From Candidatus Binatia bacterium (GTDB lineage Bacteria > Desulfobacterota > Binatia > Bin18): DNA of 64,000 nt. The translations under genes were made by a program, and so were the position numbers. Below are positions 31,658 through 42,219 of the stretch, piece after piece. The DNA is taken from assembly GCA_963666315.2 (NCBI GenBank), contig CAXXHG010000038.1, positions 1 to 64,000 on the forward strand. Direction: 5' to 3'. How positions within the stretch are numbered: the first letter of the stretch is position 1; each line of letters starts with the position of its first letter. The notes under the pieces were generated by a model. The model ran no database searches, was not told the origin of the DNA, and worked only from the letters and a program-made list of their open reading frames with translations.

Positions 31658-33017
31658 GTGGGGAAGGGGAAAGCGACGGAAGACGGGGGCAAGGCGGCGG
31701 TGGAACGGGGTGAGAAGCTGGGGAGTCTGTACAAAAAGCTGAGGCAAGCAGGATCCCAAACTGGATCTAACAACCGAGAACACCTGGAACGCGCGCATGA
31801 GACACTAGGCCGGAACGGACCCGTCGAGCCGGTCTCTTCTGTACTGTCTCAATTCAATCCCTCCACACTTCTGCAGGCGGCATTTGCTCATGTGACTGAC
31901 GCAGTTGTCACTGTTGATGCTGATGCAACCGTGTGCGGCCTTGATCCGGTCGCTGAGCGGTTGACCGGCTGGACGGAACAGGCAGCGTGGGGGCGTGGTG
32001 TGGCTGAGGTGATCTGCCTGCTCGCACCACTAGAATCGCACAGCACCGAGAGGCTGATTCCTCGGGTTCTGCACAGCGGAGAGGCGGTCTCTCTTGCTGA
32101 GCAGAGTATCCTCGTGCAGCGAACCGGGGCACCCCTACCTGTGGTTGGGCGCATTGTCCCTATTGCAGACAAGGCCGGGCCACCCCAAGGGGCCATGCTG
32201 CTCTTTCGAGATGCCTCAGAGCGACAGCGTATCGAGGACGAACTCCTGTCTGCAAAGGAGGACGCTGAGGCGGCCAACTGCCCCAAGACCGAGTTTTTGG
32301 CCACCATGTCGCATGAACTCCGTACTCCGCTGAGTATCGTGCTTGGGTATACCGAATTGCTGGCTGAGGGAGAATTCGGACGCTTGCTCGACGCCCAGGC
32401 TGAGACCTTGCAGCGGATCACACGTAGCGCCCACGAACTGCTCGACTTGATTACTGCCGTGCTCGATCTTGGGCGTTTGGATACGGGCCAGATGCCGGTA
32501 GATATGAAAGAGATCAACCCGGCTGATTTACTGCAAGAGATCAAAACAGAAACGCAAGACCTGGAAAAACAATCTGGACTCTAAGGTGGTCTGGAGAGTG
32601 AAGCCGGATCTGCCTCTCATTCATATTGACCCCTGGAAATTGAAAGTGATTGTGAAAAATTTAATCGGTAATGCGGTCAAGCTTAGCGAGTCAGGCGGAG
32701 TGAAAGTCGATGCCCAGGCCAGTGGGGAAGGTGTTGAGATCCGAGTCGAGGATACCGGGAAAGGCATCCCCCAGGATTCGCTCGTAGAGATTTTTGAGCT
32801 TTTTCGACAGCTTAAAAATACGTCAGCACGACATTTGAACGGGACGGGGCTGGGCTTGCACATCGTCAAACGGCTGCTCGACCTTGTGGGAGGACAGGTC
32901 GCGGTAGAAAGTGAAGTCGGACGCGGTTTGACCTTCTGTGTCTGGGTGCCGACCCCACATAACAAGCTAGGCCAAAATGACACGCAAGATGCGGAAGACA
33001 CGGACGCATCCTCCTAA
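31658..33017 (+). pseudogene. PAS-HisKA-HATPase sensor kinase, frameshifted near 32584
   Basis: PAS (AERLTGW), MSHELRTPL H-box; HATPase (NLIGNAVK, DTGKGI, GTGLGL) in a different frame. Confidence 0.8.
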
Positions 33018-33039
33018 TACCAAACAGACATTATCGACA

Positions 33040-34191
33040 TTATCGATAGGACGTATATTCCCGCCCGAAGGCTTCTCTGGCAACAATGCCCTTCATAATC
33101 TCGGGGGTCCCGTCCCCGATTTCGAGCCCGACGACGTCCCGCCAGCGCTGTTCTAGCGGGACGTCCATATTATAGCCGTAATGGCCGTGCAAGATCATGC
33201 AGGCGTGTATGGCTTCGGCCGACACCTTGGGGCCCAGCCATTTGGCCATGGCTGCTTCTTTGGTGTGCTTGAGGCCCTGGTCCTTTAACCACAGGCATTT
33301 GTATGACACTAGGCGCGCCGATTCGAGCATGGTCAAATGCTCGGCGACTTGAAACGCCACGCCCTCGAACGTGGCTAACGGCTTGCCGAAGACCTTCCGA
33401 CCCTTGGTATACTCAATCGTTTCGTCAATAGATTGCTGCGCGGCACCGATGCAGGCCAGGCCGATGATTGCGCGGTTGAAGTCAAAAGCGACCATAGCCT
33501 GATAAAAGCCTTTGCCTTCTTCGCCGACCAGGTTGCGGGCGGGAACGCGAACCCCGTCAAAAAATAATGATCCGCGTTGGGTCAACCGTTCCCCCGGAGA
33601 CTGGTATACCTGACGGCTCACGCCTGGCGCGTCGAGCGGCACGAGAAAGGCCGACACGCCGCGTGCGCCGGTGTCTCCGGTACGTGCAAACACAATGCAG
33701 GCATCCGCATAGCCGGCAAACGTAATCGAGGCTTTCTCTCCGCTGATGATATAATCATCGCCTGTTTTTTCCGCATGGGTAGTGATATTGGCAGCGTCTG
33801 AGCCCGCATTTGGCTCAGTCAAACCAAAGGCAATAATGGCATCGCCGGTGGCGTGTTGGGTCAACCATTCCGCCTGCACCTCGGGATGGGCATAATCCGC
33901 TAATAACTCCGAGGCAATGAGGCCGAGTTGGATATATAAACTGTAGTTGAAATCCCCCCGCGACAGTTCTTCGGTCATCAGCCCGCAGGTGACGTAGTCG
34001 GCCATCTGCCCGCCGAATTTCTCGGGCACGCGCAAACCCAATATTCCCAGTTGAGCGGCTTCCTTAATGAGTGCGCGCGGAATCTTCTCGCCGCGATCCC
34101 AGCGATGGTAGTTGGGCGCGAGTTTATCTTTAGCGTATTGGCGTAGGGTTTGTTGCAGTAAGAGCTGGTCTTCCGTGAAGGTAAAGTCCAT
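33040..34191 (-). CDS. Acyl-CoA dehydrogenase (cyclohexanecarboxyl-CoA dehydrogenase-like)
   Basis: LTEPNAGSD, GEKASIT, R..FG, HGHYGY, IGDGTPEI. Confidence 0.9.
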   Translation of the reverse strand: MDFTFTEDQLLLQQTLRQYAKDKLAPNYHRWDRGEKIPRALIKEAAQLGILGLRVPEKFGGQMADYVTCGLMTEELSRGDFNYSLYIQLGLIASELLADYAHPEVQAEWLTQHATGDAIIAFGLTEPNAGSDAANITTHAEKTGDDYIISGEKASITFAGYADACIVFARTGDTGARGVSAFLVPLDAPGVSRQVYQSPGERLTQRGSLFFDGVRVPARNLVGEEGKGFYQAMVAFDFNRAIIGLACIGAAQQSIDETIEYTKGRKVFGKPLATFEGVAFQVAEHLTMLESARLVSYKCLWLKDQGLKHTKEAAMAKWLGPKVSAEAIHACMILHGHYGYNMDVPLEQRWRDVVGLEIGDGTPEIMKGIVAREAFGREYTSYR

Positions 34192-34290
34192 GCGTATTGT
34201 CCTGACGGATTGCCTTATCAATTGAAAGAATACGGCTCATGGTACGGACCGGGCTGAGACCGTGCAAGGTGGACGCGCTGTGTTCTGCCT

Positions 34291-35556
34291 CTACTGAAAC
34301 CGAGATAATGACCGCTGCAAAAGAGAGACAGGCAGCAGACGGATTGCACGTTTGAGGCGCCCGGTCTGAAAGAGCAGCACCACGAGCGTGATCCAGAACA
34401 CATGCACCCCGATAGCCGCAACCCAAAGAAACCAGGCCAGTTTTCGAAAGATGGAAGCTGCCAGAATAAAGATCGAATAGTCGCGACTGACCAAGCCGGA
34501 AAACATCTTTTGGAGCAGCTGGTCTTGCCACGTCGTCGCCTGGTTCTCGAACGTGTCCGTCTTCTGTGCGATCAGGACACAGGGGAAAGAAAAAACGGTT
34601 CCAGCCGCCAGCAGGCCGCCGAGAAAAAGGGCCGATTGTATTTCTCCTTGTGTCCAGACCGCAAAGCCGAGCCCGAGGAAGGTTGCAATATGCACGACTG
34701 TATCGAGTGTGATATCGAGCCATGCTCCAAGCGGCGATTCGAGGAATTTCATGCGAGCGACTTCGCCATCAACGCAGTCGACTATGGCGGACAGCTGTAA
34801 AAGCAGGGCCCCCAGCACGAAGCCCCAATAGCCTGCTTGAAAAAAACACGCAGCGCCGAGCAGACCGATGAGACAAGACAGCAGCGTGATCTGGTTCGGG
34901 CTGAGAGGCGTACGCAGGAGCAGCCGGGTCAAGGAGCGGGAGAGGGTTCGATTCAGATAGGTATCAACAAAACCGTCCCGCGGGTTCTCTAAAGAGCGCA
35001 GGAGGATGTCTTCGCCCCTCTGCACAGAGTCTGAAGAGGAGAGTTTATAGACTGAATGAGACGGCGCGGAAAACTCTGCGATCTTTTCCGCAGAGCCCGT
35101 TTCTTTTGCTGAGCCTTCGGATGCGTGGATTCGGGCGGCGAGTTTGAGCGCGGACCGATCGCGCGGACCCAGCAGGAGGGCATAGGTTCCGTCCTGTGCT
35201 TTGACTCCCCATGTCTCTCCTGATTTTGCCGTCCGATCGAGATTCTGCGCCAGGGATGGCTGAAAAAGCGTGTGGAGAGAAAAGTACAGACAGTGTTCGT
35301 GGGCCCCCGTAGGGAGTGCAGTCGGGATATCGGCAAGACGTGTCCAAACGACCTGTGCTGTCAGCCTTTTTTCATCTTTCAGCTCTTCCTGCAGCTGGGT
35401 GGTACCGGTGTCTCCCCGGGTCAGGATGTAGCACGTCTGTGCTCCTGCGCGTTGGGCAGTCAAAAGGGCACGCTTGAGAAGCGACACACCTCCAACTGAT
35501 GTCAAAGGAGAGATCTGGTTGGTAACAGGGATAAGAATGCAAGCGGCTGTGATCAT
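34291..35556 (-). CDS. CDP-alcohol phosphatidyltransferase with N-terminal NTP-transferase-like domain
   Basis: SPNQIT, DCVDGEVAR..S.LGAWLD signature; N-terminal VGGVSLLKR. Confidence 0.85.
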   Translation of the reverse strand: MITAACILIPVTNQISPLTSVGGVSLLKRALLTAQRAGAQTCYILTRGDTGTTQLQEELKDEKRLTAQVVWTRLADIPTALPTGAHEHCLYFSLHTLFQPSLAQNLDRTAKSGETWGVKAQDGTYALLLGPRDRSALKLAARIHASEGSAKETGSAEKIAEFSAPSHSVYKLSSSDSVQRGEDILLRSLENPRDGFVDTYLNRTLSRSLTRLLLRTPLSPNQITLLSCLIGLLGAACFFQAGYWGFVLGALLLQLSAIVDCVDGEVARMKFLESPLGAWLDITLDTVVHIATFLGLGFAVWTQGEIQSALFLGGLLAAGTVFSFPCVLIAQKTDTFENQATTWQDQLLQKMFSGLVSRDYSIFILAASIFRKLAWFLWVAAIGVHVFWITLVVLLFQTGRLKRAIRLLPVSLLQRSLSRFQ

Positions 35557-35790
35557 AATGCGAAGCTCTGAGGGACGGTAAATCGGTGATTATAAAGACA
35601 AGTGTGTTGCCTGGCAATTTCCCTCTTATAAATAATGCCTCGCAACGCCTCTCAACATCTCCTGAGCACGGAAGTTCCCAGATGCTCACACGTGCTCAGA
35701 TTCCGTGGTATGGAAAGCGCTGCGCGCGCAGTCCTCTTGTGGCTCAAAGAGGTATTTGGTGTAATAGCCCAGCATTACAAGGAGGCAGAT

Positions 35791-37011
35791 ATGGCACAGG
35801 AAGAGCTGAAGCACGTTCTGGATGGCTACAAGGTCCTTGATTTCACTCAGGTATTGGCCGGCCCGACAGTCACTCGGCTGATGGCGGAAATGGGCGCGGA
35901 GATCATCAAGGTTGAGCTTGCTCCGAAGGGGGATCTCTCGCGTGGCCTGCCGTTTTTGCGGGATGGTCGGAGCGGCTATTTTATCCAACAAAATAGGGGC
36001 AAAAAGAGTCTCTGCATGGATGCCAGAAATCCTAAGGGGTTGGAGATTTTGAAACAGCTGGTGGGGAAGGTCGACGTTGTTGTTGAGAATTTTGCGCCTG
36101 GGGCAATTGGGCGGCTCGGGCTGGGTTACGAAACGGTGAAACAGCTGAATCCACGTGTGGTGATGCGTTCGGTGTCGGCGTTTGGCCAAACCGGACCGCT
36201 CTCCAAGTTGCCTGGTTATGACTATATTGCGCAAGCCTATGCCGGCGTGACCTATATGATCGGCGAGCCTGACGGCGCGCCGTATTTCCCTATGCTGGGT
36301 ATTGGTGATGTCAGTACCGGGGTGCATGCCGTTGCCGCAATTGCCTGCGCGCTGCTGTATCGTGAACGAACCGGCAAAGGCCAGCATCTCGATATCTCGC
36401 TGCTTGACGCCTACTTCCACTGTCATGAGATGAACGTGGAGCTGTATAGTGCGAGCGGAGGGGCGATCAAACCCAAGCGGTCGGGCACGCAGCACTACGC
36501 ACTTGCGCCTATCGGTCTCTTCAAGGGGCGGGAAACCTATATTTTTATCATGGCCCTGGCCCACCAGTGGGTGCCCTTTTGTAAAGCCATAGGAAAACCT
36601 GAGCTGGCTGAGGATCCGCGCTTTGCGGACAATGCCGACCGGGTGAAGAATATATCCGAGTTTGTCAAAATCGTTGAGGCCTGGATTACTTCAATGCCGA
36701 GTGACGAAGCAGCGGTGCATGCCTTGGAGGAGGCGCGTATTCCGGTTGCCCCGGTGCTCTCGATCGAACAGGCCATCAACCATCCGCATCTCCAATACCG
36801 GCGCACGGTGCGACGGATAACTGATCGTGCGTTTGGTGAGGTCGACATCCCAGGTATGCCGCTCAAATTCTCAGAATTCCCAGAGGAGCTGTCCCTTGAC
36901 GCTCCCTTCTTAGGAGAACACAACGCGGATATTCTGACACATTATTTGTCGTATGCGCCGGATCAGATCCAAGCGCTGGAGGGCGAAGGCGTGCTCACCC
37001 GGGAGAGTTGA
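35791..37011 (+). CDS. CaiB/BaiF class III CoA-transferase
   Basis: VLDFTQVLAGP, NRGKKS, ENFAPG, PGYD, APFLGEH. Confidence 0.92.
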   Translation: MAQEELKHVLDGYKVLDFTQVLAGPTVTRLMAEMGAEIIKVELAPKGDLSRGLPFLRDGRSGYFIQQNRGKKSLCMDARNPKGLEILKQLVGKVDVVVENFAPGAIGRLGLGYETVKQLNPRVVMRSVSAFGQTGPLSKLPGYDYIAQAYAGVTYMIGEPDGAPYFPMLGIGDVSTGVHAVAAIACALLYRERTGKGQHLDISLLDAYFHCHEMNVELYSASGGAIKPKRSGTQHYALAPIGLFKGRETYIFIMALAHQWVPFCKAIGKPELAEDPRFADNADRVKNISEFVKIVEAWITSMPSDEAAVHALEEARIPVAPVLSIEQAINHPHLQYRRTVRRITDRAFGEVDIPGMPLKFSEFPEELSLDAPFLGEHNADILTHYLSYAPDQIQALEGEGVLTRES

Positions 37012-37161
37012 GGAATCGGCGGCGAGACGGGGGAGAGTGCGGGGACGAATGAGATTCTGCGCGGTGTGATTGGCGAGCGGGTGCTCGAGTTGCCCAGGAG
37101 TCGCGAGTGAGCCGCTAACCCAGTTCGGTGCATCTCCGGATACACGAATAGAGAGCCTGTT

Positions 37162-37866
37162 GTGACCAAGGAGCGAGCGATCACCACCATCCTCTTTGAC
37201 GCGGGTGGGGTGCTCGTTCATCTTGACTATTATTTCCTCACGCGTCGGCTGCGGGCTGCGGGGATTACTGTGATCTCACGTGATGTGCGTCGAGCCGAGT
37301 ATGCTGCCAAAGCAGAGATTGATCGCAGTTTTCGCGAGGTGCTCCCCAGCACTGACGAAACGCGCCGACAGCCTTACTTCTCCGTCCTACTCCAGCAGCT
37401 TGGGATAGAGGCGGGAGCAGCACATCGACTCCTTCAACAGTTTGATGCAGAACATCGAAAAGATAATTTATGGCGGCTCCGATTGCCTTCAACCCCACGT
37501 GTCCTGGCCGACCTATGTGCCCGCGGAATCACCTTGGGGGTCATCTCAAACGCGGATGGACGGATAGGCGCGATTCTTAAGACAGCAGGCATGGCGCATT
37601 TCTTCGACGTTATTATTGATTCGCACGTCGTGGGTATGGAAAAACCTGATCCTACAATTTTTCAGATCGCTCTGGATCGGATTGGGGTTAAAGCTGAGCA
37701 CGCCCTTTTCGTGGGTGACATCTATGCTATTGACGTGCTTGGGGCTGCACGGGCGGGGCTCCGGCCTGTTTTGTTTGACATGCTCGGCGAGTATAAGGAC
37801 GTGAGGTGCAAGAAGATTCAACATCTTCGTGAGCTGTTATCTTGTATTGAAGAAACGCAGCTCTGA
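37162..37866 (+). CDS. HAD-IA family hydrolase
   Basis: FDAGGVL, ISN, EKPDP.IF, VGD...D. Confidence 0.85.
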   Translation: MTKERAITTILFDAGGVLVHLDYYFLTRRLRAAGITVISRDVRRAEYAAKAEIDRSFREVLPSTDETRRQPYFSVLLQQLGIEAGAAHRLLQQFDAEHRKDNLWRLRLPSTPRVLADLCARGITLGVISNADGRIGAILKTAGMAHFFDVIIDSHVVGMEKPDPTIFQIALDRIGVKAEHALFVGDIYAIDVLGAARAGLRPVLFDMLGEYKDVRCKKIQHLRELLSCIEETQL

Positions 37867-37885
37867 CAAAGACAGAGAGGGCGAT

Positions 37886-38635
37886 ATGGCAGACCGACTC
37901 AAGGGGAAAGTGACCTTAATCTCCGGCGGGGCGCGTGGACAGGGCGCTGTTGAGGGCGGGCTCTTCACCCGAGAAGGGGCCCAGGTTGTCCTAGCCGATG
38001 TTCTTGAAACCGAAGGGAGGCAGACCGCACGGGCGATCTGCGCTCAGGGTGGCGAGGCGACATTTGTGAAACTGGACGTGACACGTCCGGAGGATTGGCA
38101 AAAAGCGGTTGATACCGCAGTCAGCGTGTATGGCAAGCTCGATATCTTGATCAATAACGCCGGCATTCTGCAGATGGAAGGACTGGAAGACATCTCCCTA
38201 GAAGTGTGGGAACGAGTCATGGCGGTCAATTCGACCGGCGTGTGGCTAGGGATGAAGGCCGCGATTCCAGCCATGCGGAAAGCCGGCGGTGGATCGATTG
38301 TGAATATTTCATCCATTTCCGGCTTGGTGGGAACCGGCATGCAGACTGCCTACCAGGCGAGTAAAGGCGCGGTGCGGATTATGACCAAGACGGCAGCCGT
38401 GCAATATGCGCCTGAGGGTATTCGGGTGAACTCGGTGCATCCTGGTCCCGTTGATACACCGATGGTCTCAGGACTGGATAAAGAATTGTGGCAGATGTTT
38501 TTGAACAGCGTCCCGCTGCAGCGGGCGGGAACTGCGGAGGATATCGCTCTGGGCGTTTTGTATCTCGCTTCTGATGAATCGTCGTACGTGACCGGAACTG
38601 AGCTTGTCATTGATGGTGGCTTCACAGCTCGCTAA
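37886..38635 (+). CDS. SDR family oxidoreductase (3alpha,20beta-HSD / cyclopentanol dehydrogenase-like)
   Basis: SGGARGQG, NNAG, YQASK, RVNSVHPG. Confidence 0.92.
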   Translation: MADRLKGKVTLISGGARGQGAVEGGLFTREGAQVVLADVLETEGRQTARAICAQGGEATFVKLDVTRPEDWQKAVDTAVSVYGKLDILINNAGILQMEGLEDISLEVWERVMAVNSTGVWLGMKAAIPAMRKAGGGSIVNISSISGLVGTGMQTAYQASKGAVRIMTKTAAVQYAPEGIRVNSVHPGPVDTPMVSGLDKELWQMFLNSVPLQRAGTAEDIALGVLYLASDESSYVTGTELVIDGGFTAR

Positions 38636-38750
38636 AAGCTTGGCGAGTATGGCATCTCTATGAGAGTCGTTTGACACAGGCGACGGGCTTGGACTAGGAT
38701 GCGGACCTGCCGGTTCTCAATTGGTCGTAACCACCAAATAGGAGGGTTTT

Positions 38751-39536
38751 ATGGCGGACGGGAAAGTAAAACGGATGTGGGCGTTGCCAAATGCGGAATT
38801 GACGGTTCCTCAATCGCTGCTCATGCACGGTGGTTCCGAGGACCTGGTGACTATACCGTGTCCCGCGTATCTCATTGAGCACGACAAGGGTTTAGTCCTT
38901 TTCGATACCGGTTGTCATCCTGCGGTGGCTGATGATCCCGTGGCCCACTGGGGACCGTTTGCCGAGCATTTGCAGGTGTCCTATCCCAAGGAAATGCTGC
39001 TCGACAGGCAGATCCAAGCGCTCGGCTACAAGATGTCGGACATTAAATACGTCCTGATTTCCCACCTGCACCTCGATCACACCGGCTATATGCACGCCTT
39101 CCCGGATGCCAAATTCCTGATCATGCAGGATGAGCTGCGGTATGCCTACTGGCCCGATCCGCATCTGCGGGATGTGTTTGTGTTTAAGGACATCGTCCCC
39201 ACGCGTGGCTTCCAGTGGCTTGAACTGAACGGAGATTTCGATGTATTCGGCGACGGCAGCCTGAACCTGCTCAAGACGCCGGGTCATACGCCCGGAGAGA
39301 GTTCGCTGTATGTACGCCTGCCCAACCGCTCGATTCTTCTGGCTGGAGATACGCTGCATTTGCGCGAACAGTTCAATACGCTGTCAGGCATGCCGCTTGA
39401 TACAGATCCCACCCTATCGTCGTTGTCGATCCAGCGTATCCGGGCGATGCGCGACTTGCACGAGTGCACGGTGTGGATCGCGCATGATCCGGAAGACTGG
39501 GCCGAATTTCCCCACGCACCCACGCCGATCGAGTAG
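38751..39536 (+). CDS. N-acyl homoserine lactonase family metallo-beta-lactamase
   Basis: FDTG, SHLHLDH, PGHTPG, GD, HD motifs. Confidence 0.85.
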   Translation: MADGKVKRMWALPNAELTVPQSLLMHGGSEDLVTIPCPAYLIEHDKGLVLFDTGCHPAVADDPVAHWGPFAEHLQVSYPKEMLLDRQIQALGYKMSDIKYVLISHLHLDHTGYMHAFPDAKFLIMQDELRYAYWPDPHLRDVFVFKDIVPTRGFQWLELNGDFDVFGDGSLNLLKTPGHTPGESSLYVRLPNRSILLAGDTLHLREQFNTLSGMPLDTDPTLSSLSIQRIRAMRDLHECTVWIAHDPEDWAEFPHAPTPIE

Positions 39537-39550
39537 AGGGGCAAGCGACT

Positions 39551-40120
39551 ATGCCACTGTACGAATACCACTGCCCGGGGTGTGACTCCGTCTTTGAAGA
39601 GCTGTGTTCTTTGCACGAGGCGTCAAAGAAGAAGCCGTGTCCGAGCTGCGGCAAAAGGGCCCCCCGGATTGTATCGGCGTTTGCCATAGCGCGGGGGGTG
39701 AGTGGAGAGCCGTTCGATCCGGTGATCGCTTCTCAGAAAAATTCATCTGATCCACGCCCTTTGTGCATGCAACATGCACAGATTCCGCTGGCCTGCCATA
39801 TGGACGAATATTCGGTGAAGCGATTTGCCGCGCATGCGTCAGGACGTGGGAACGCATTTGACGACAAGCTGGCTGAGGCGAAGGAGGTGTGCAAACAGCG
39901 CGGACTTGCGCAGCCTAAGTACGCGCCTGCGACGCATGGGCATGATCATGACCACGGACACGCGCGTGGCCCTGATCGCAACTTCCGTCGGCATGGCCAA
40001 AGTCAGGTCAGTGCCACCGATGATAGACATGGCCATGCCCCCGCGGGCTCTCACCGCCACGGGAAAGGCAAGACCGAGAAGACCAAGACGCGGACCAAAC
40101 AGCAAATGCATGCGCATTAA
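39551..40120 (+). CDS. FmdB-type zinc-ribbon protein with His-rich tail
   Basis: MPLYEYHCPGC..FE..CPSCG; HGHDHDHGH tail. Confidence 0.8.
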   Translation: MPLYEYHCPGCDSVFEELCSLHEASKKKPCPSCGKRAPRIVSAFAIARGVSGEPFDPVIASQKNSSDPRPLCMQHAQIPLACHMDEYSVKRFAAHASGRGNAFDDKLAEAKEVCKQRGLAQPKYAPATHGHDHDHGHARGPDRNFRRHGQSQVSATDDRHGHAPAGSHRHGKGKTEKTKTRTKQQMHAH

Positions 40121-40147
40121 GGTGCCCCTTGAGTGTGGAATAGTATG

Positions 40148-40180
40148 AAAGGGCGACCGTTAGGTCGTCCTTTTTGTTTT
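40148..40180 (+). terminator. Rho-independent terminator
   Basis: AAAGGGCGACC-GTTA-GGTCGTCCTTTTTGTTTT. Confidence 0.85.
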
Positions 40181-40273
40181 CGTGGTTTGAGGTAGACTGA
40201 ACCGCAAACTCGGTTTATCGGTTGTAAGCATGCTCCCGCACGCATGGGGGTGCAAATCAGGAGGGAGAGGGAA

Positions 40274-41131
40274 ATGGCAGACTTCGGTATCGTTACAATA
40301 CCCACCCACTATGCGATTCAACCCGTAGAATTTGCGCGCTGGGCGGAAGAGAACGGTTTTGAATCATTGTTCTTTGGAGAGCACTCGCATATTCCCAGTA
40401 GCCGCAAAACGCCTTTCCCCTTGGGTGGCGAACTGCCCCGATATTATAGTGAGTTCTATGACCCTTTTGTGGGACTTACTGCAGCGGCGGCGGTGACGCA
40501 AAAGCTCAAGGTGGGGACGTCGGTCTGTCTGGTGCCCGAACACCACCCGATCAACCTGGCCAAAAGCACGGCCTGTCTCGACCGTGTGTCGAATGGCCGC
40601 TTCCTCTTTGGCATAGGCGCGGGCTGGAATGCCGAGGAGATGGGCGATCATGGCGTCGCTTTCAAGGATCGCTGGAAAGAGACCCGCGAACGCGTGCTGG
40701 CAATACGGGAAATCTGGACCAAAGATGAAGCGGAATTCCACGGTCAATTTGTCAATTTTGACCCCATATGGTGCTGGCCCAAGCCGGTTCAAGCCGGAGG
40801 TCCGCCCATTTTGATGGGAGCGGACTCTCGGTGGGTGCCCAAGCGTATCGCCGAGTACTGTGATGGCTGGATTCCCATTGATCGACCTTATTTAGCAACT
40901 GGAGTAGCCGCCATTAGTGAGCAGATGGACCAATTCGAAAGATCTATGGATCAGTTTGATCTGAGTGTTCTCACCGGAGACGCCTTTGGGGGAAACTCCA
41001 TAGAAAGTCGCATTCCGGAGCTGATTGAAATTGGTGCGAACCGCATTCTGTTTCTTGTCACTCCTGACAAACCTGACGCGCAGTGGCCTATCCTAGAAAA
41101 GTACGCAAAGCTGATCAGGACGTTCCTGTAA
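40274..41131 (+). CDS. LLM-class probable F420-dependent oxidoreductase
   Basis: GFESLFFGEHSHIP, GRFLFGIGAGWN.EE, PKPVQ; close paralog of 10904..11749. Confidence 0.88.
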   Translation: MADFGIVTIPTHYAIQPVEFARWAEENGFESLFFGEHSHIPSSRKTPFPLGGELPRYYSEFYDPFVGLTAAAAVTQKLKVGTSVCLVPEHHPINLAKSTACLDRVSNGRFLFGIGAGWNAEEMGDHGVAFKDRWKETRERVLAIREIWTKDEAEFHGQFVNFDPIWCWPKPVQAGGPPILMGADSRWVPKRIAEYCDGWIPIDRPYLATGVAAISEQMDQFERSMDQFDLSVLTGDAFGGNSIESRIPELIEIGANRILFLVTPDKPDAQWPILEKYAKLIRTFL

Positions 41132-41137
41132 GGCCGT

Positions 41138-41635
41138 ATGCGCTTGGCTCGCTGCTCTCTTTTGACCGCTCTAGCCCTGTGTATAAGCATGCAGTCGGGC
41201 TGCTATTTTTCCGCGGGCGGAACAACCTTCCACCAACAGGCCGGCCCTAGCGGGAGCGGGTTTATTACTGCTATGGAAGAAAACGGACGCTGGGGGCTTG
41301 ACGGTCCACTGTCGCAAGTCGGTGATGTGATTGAGCGCTCGGTATATCGGTATTTTGTCAAAAGTCGATCGTTTTGCTTGTTCTCTTCCGAGCAGGACTC
41401 TCGTCTCGGAGCTCCGTATCCCTACGGGCGGTATAAAATCACTGCGATCCGAGAAGTGAAGACTGAAAAGCGGCGAGCAGCCTATCGTGCATTACTCCCA
41501 AGTGAGCGTCGATCCGGCATGAGGCGGTACTATATAAAGCCCGGTGTAGATAGACTAATCCGCGTTGACTATCATGGCTTGAACTGGCTCGAATTTAAAA
41601 CGAGCAACGGCTGCAGAAGGTCGCCTCGTACATAA
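41138..41635 (+). CDS. Hypothetical protein, possible lipoprotein
   Basis: Hydrophobic N-terminus ending QSGC; fills the gap between co-directional genes. Confidence 0.55.
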   Translation: MRLARCSLLTALALCISMQSGCYFSAGGTTFHQQAGPSGSGFITAMEENGRWGLDGPLSQVGDVIERSVYRYFVKSRSFCLFSSEQDSRLGAPYPYGRYKITAIREVKTEKRRAAYRALLPSERRSGMRRYYIKPGVDRLIRVDYHGLNWLEFKTSNGCRRSPRT

Positions 41636-41648
41636 GGAGTAGGACTGC

Positions 41649-42067
41649 ATGGCTGAAGTCACAAATTTCCCTCGACCCGTTCCGAGTATTGACGATCAAG
41701 AGTTCTGGGATGGTTGCAATCGCGATGAGCTGCTCATGCAGCGCTGCAGTTCGTGCAAGAAATTTCGGTGGCTGCCGAAACCCATGTGCCCACACTGCAA
41801 CGCGCTAGAGCACGAGTGGGTCAAAATGAGTGGCAAGGGCAAGGTGTTCTCGTGGACGATTATTGTGCACCCGGTCCACCCTGCGGCAGTTGAGAAGGTG
41901 CCATATAATGTGGCCCAGGTGCAGCTTGATGAAGACCCGGATTTAATTTATGGTGACCAGCTTGGTGGACGTCAAGAATGAAGATATTCAGATGGACATG
42001 CCGGTCGAAGCAGTGTTTGTCGAGCACGAAACCTGGAGTGAAGATTGCGAAGTTTCGCCCTGTGTAG
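41649..42067 (+). pseudogene. Zn-ribbon/OB-fold (DUF35) protein, frameshifted
   Basis: FWDG..ELLMQRCSSC..CPHC..G.VFSWT..PY; continues MVTSLVD..MPVEAVF in another frame, and KFRPV* after a second shift. Confidence 0.8.
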
Positions 42068-42075
42068 GACCGCGT

Positions 42076-42219
42076 ATGCAACTCGAACTCGAAGGCAAGA
42101 TCGTCATTGTTACAGGTGGCAGTAAAGGCAGAGGCCGCGCCGGGGCTGTTGGTTTTCTTGCCGAAGGCGCTGCTGTCCTCGTGCGCGCTCGAGGCCAAGA
42201 GTCCAGGGCCGAAATATGA
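42076..42219 (+). pseudogene. N-terminal fragment of an SDR
   Basis: [26 protein letters not shown], stops after about 47 codons. Confidence 0.75.
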
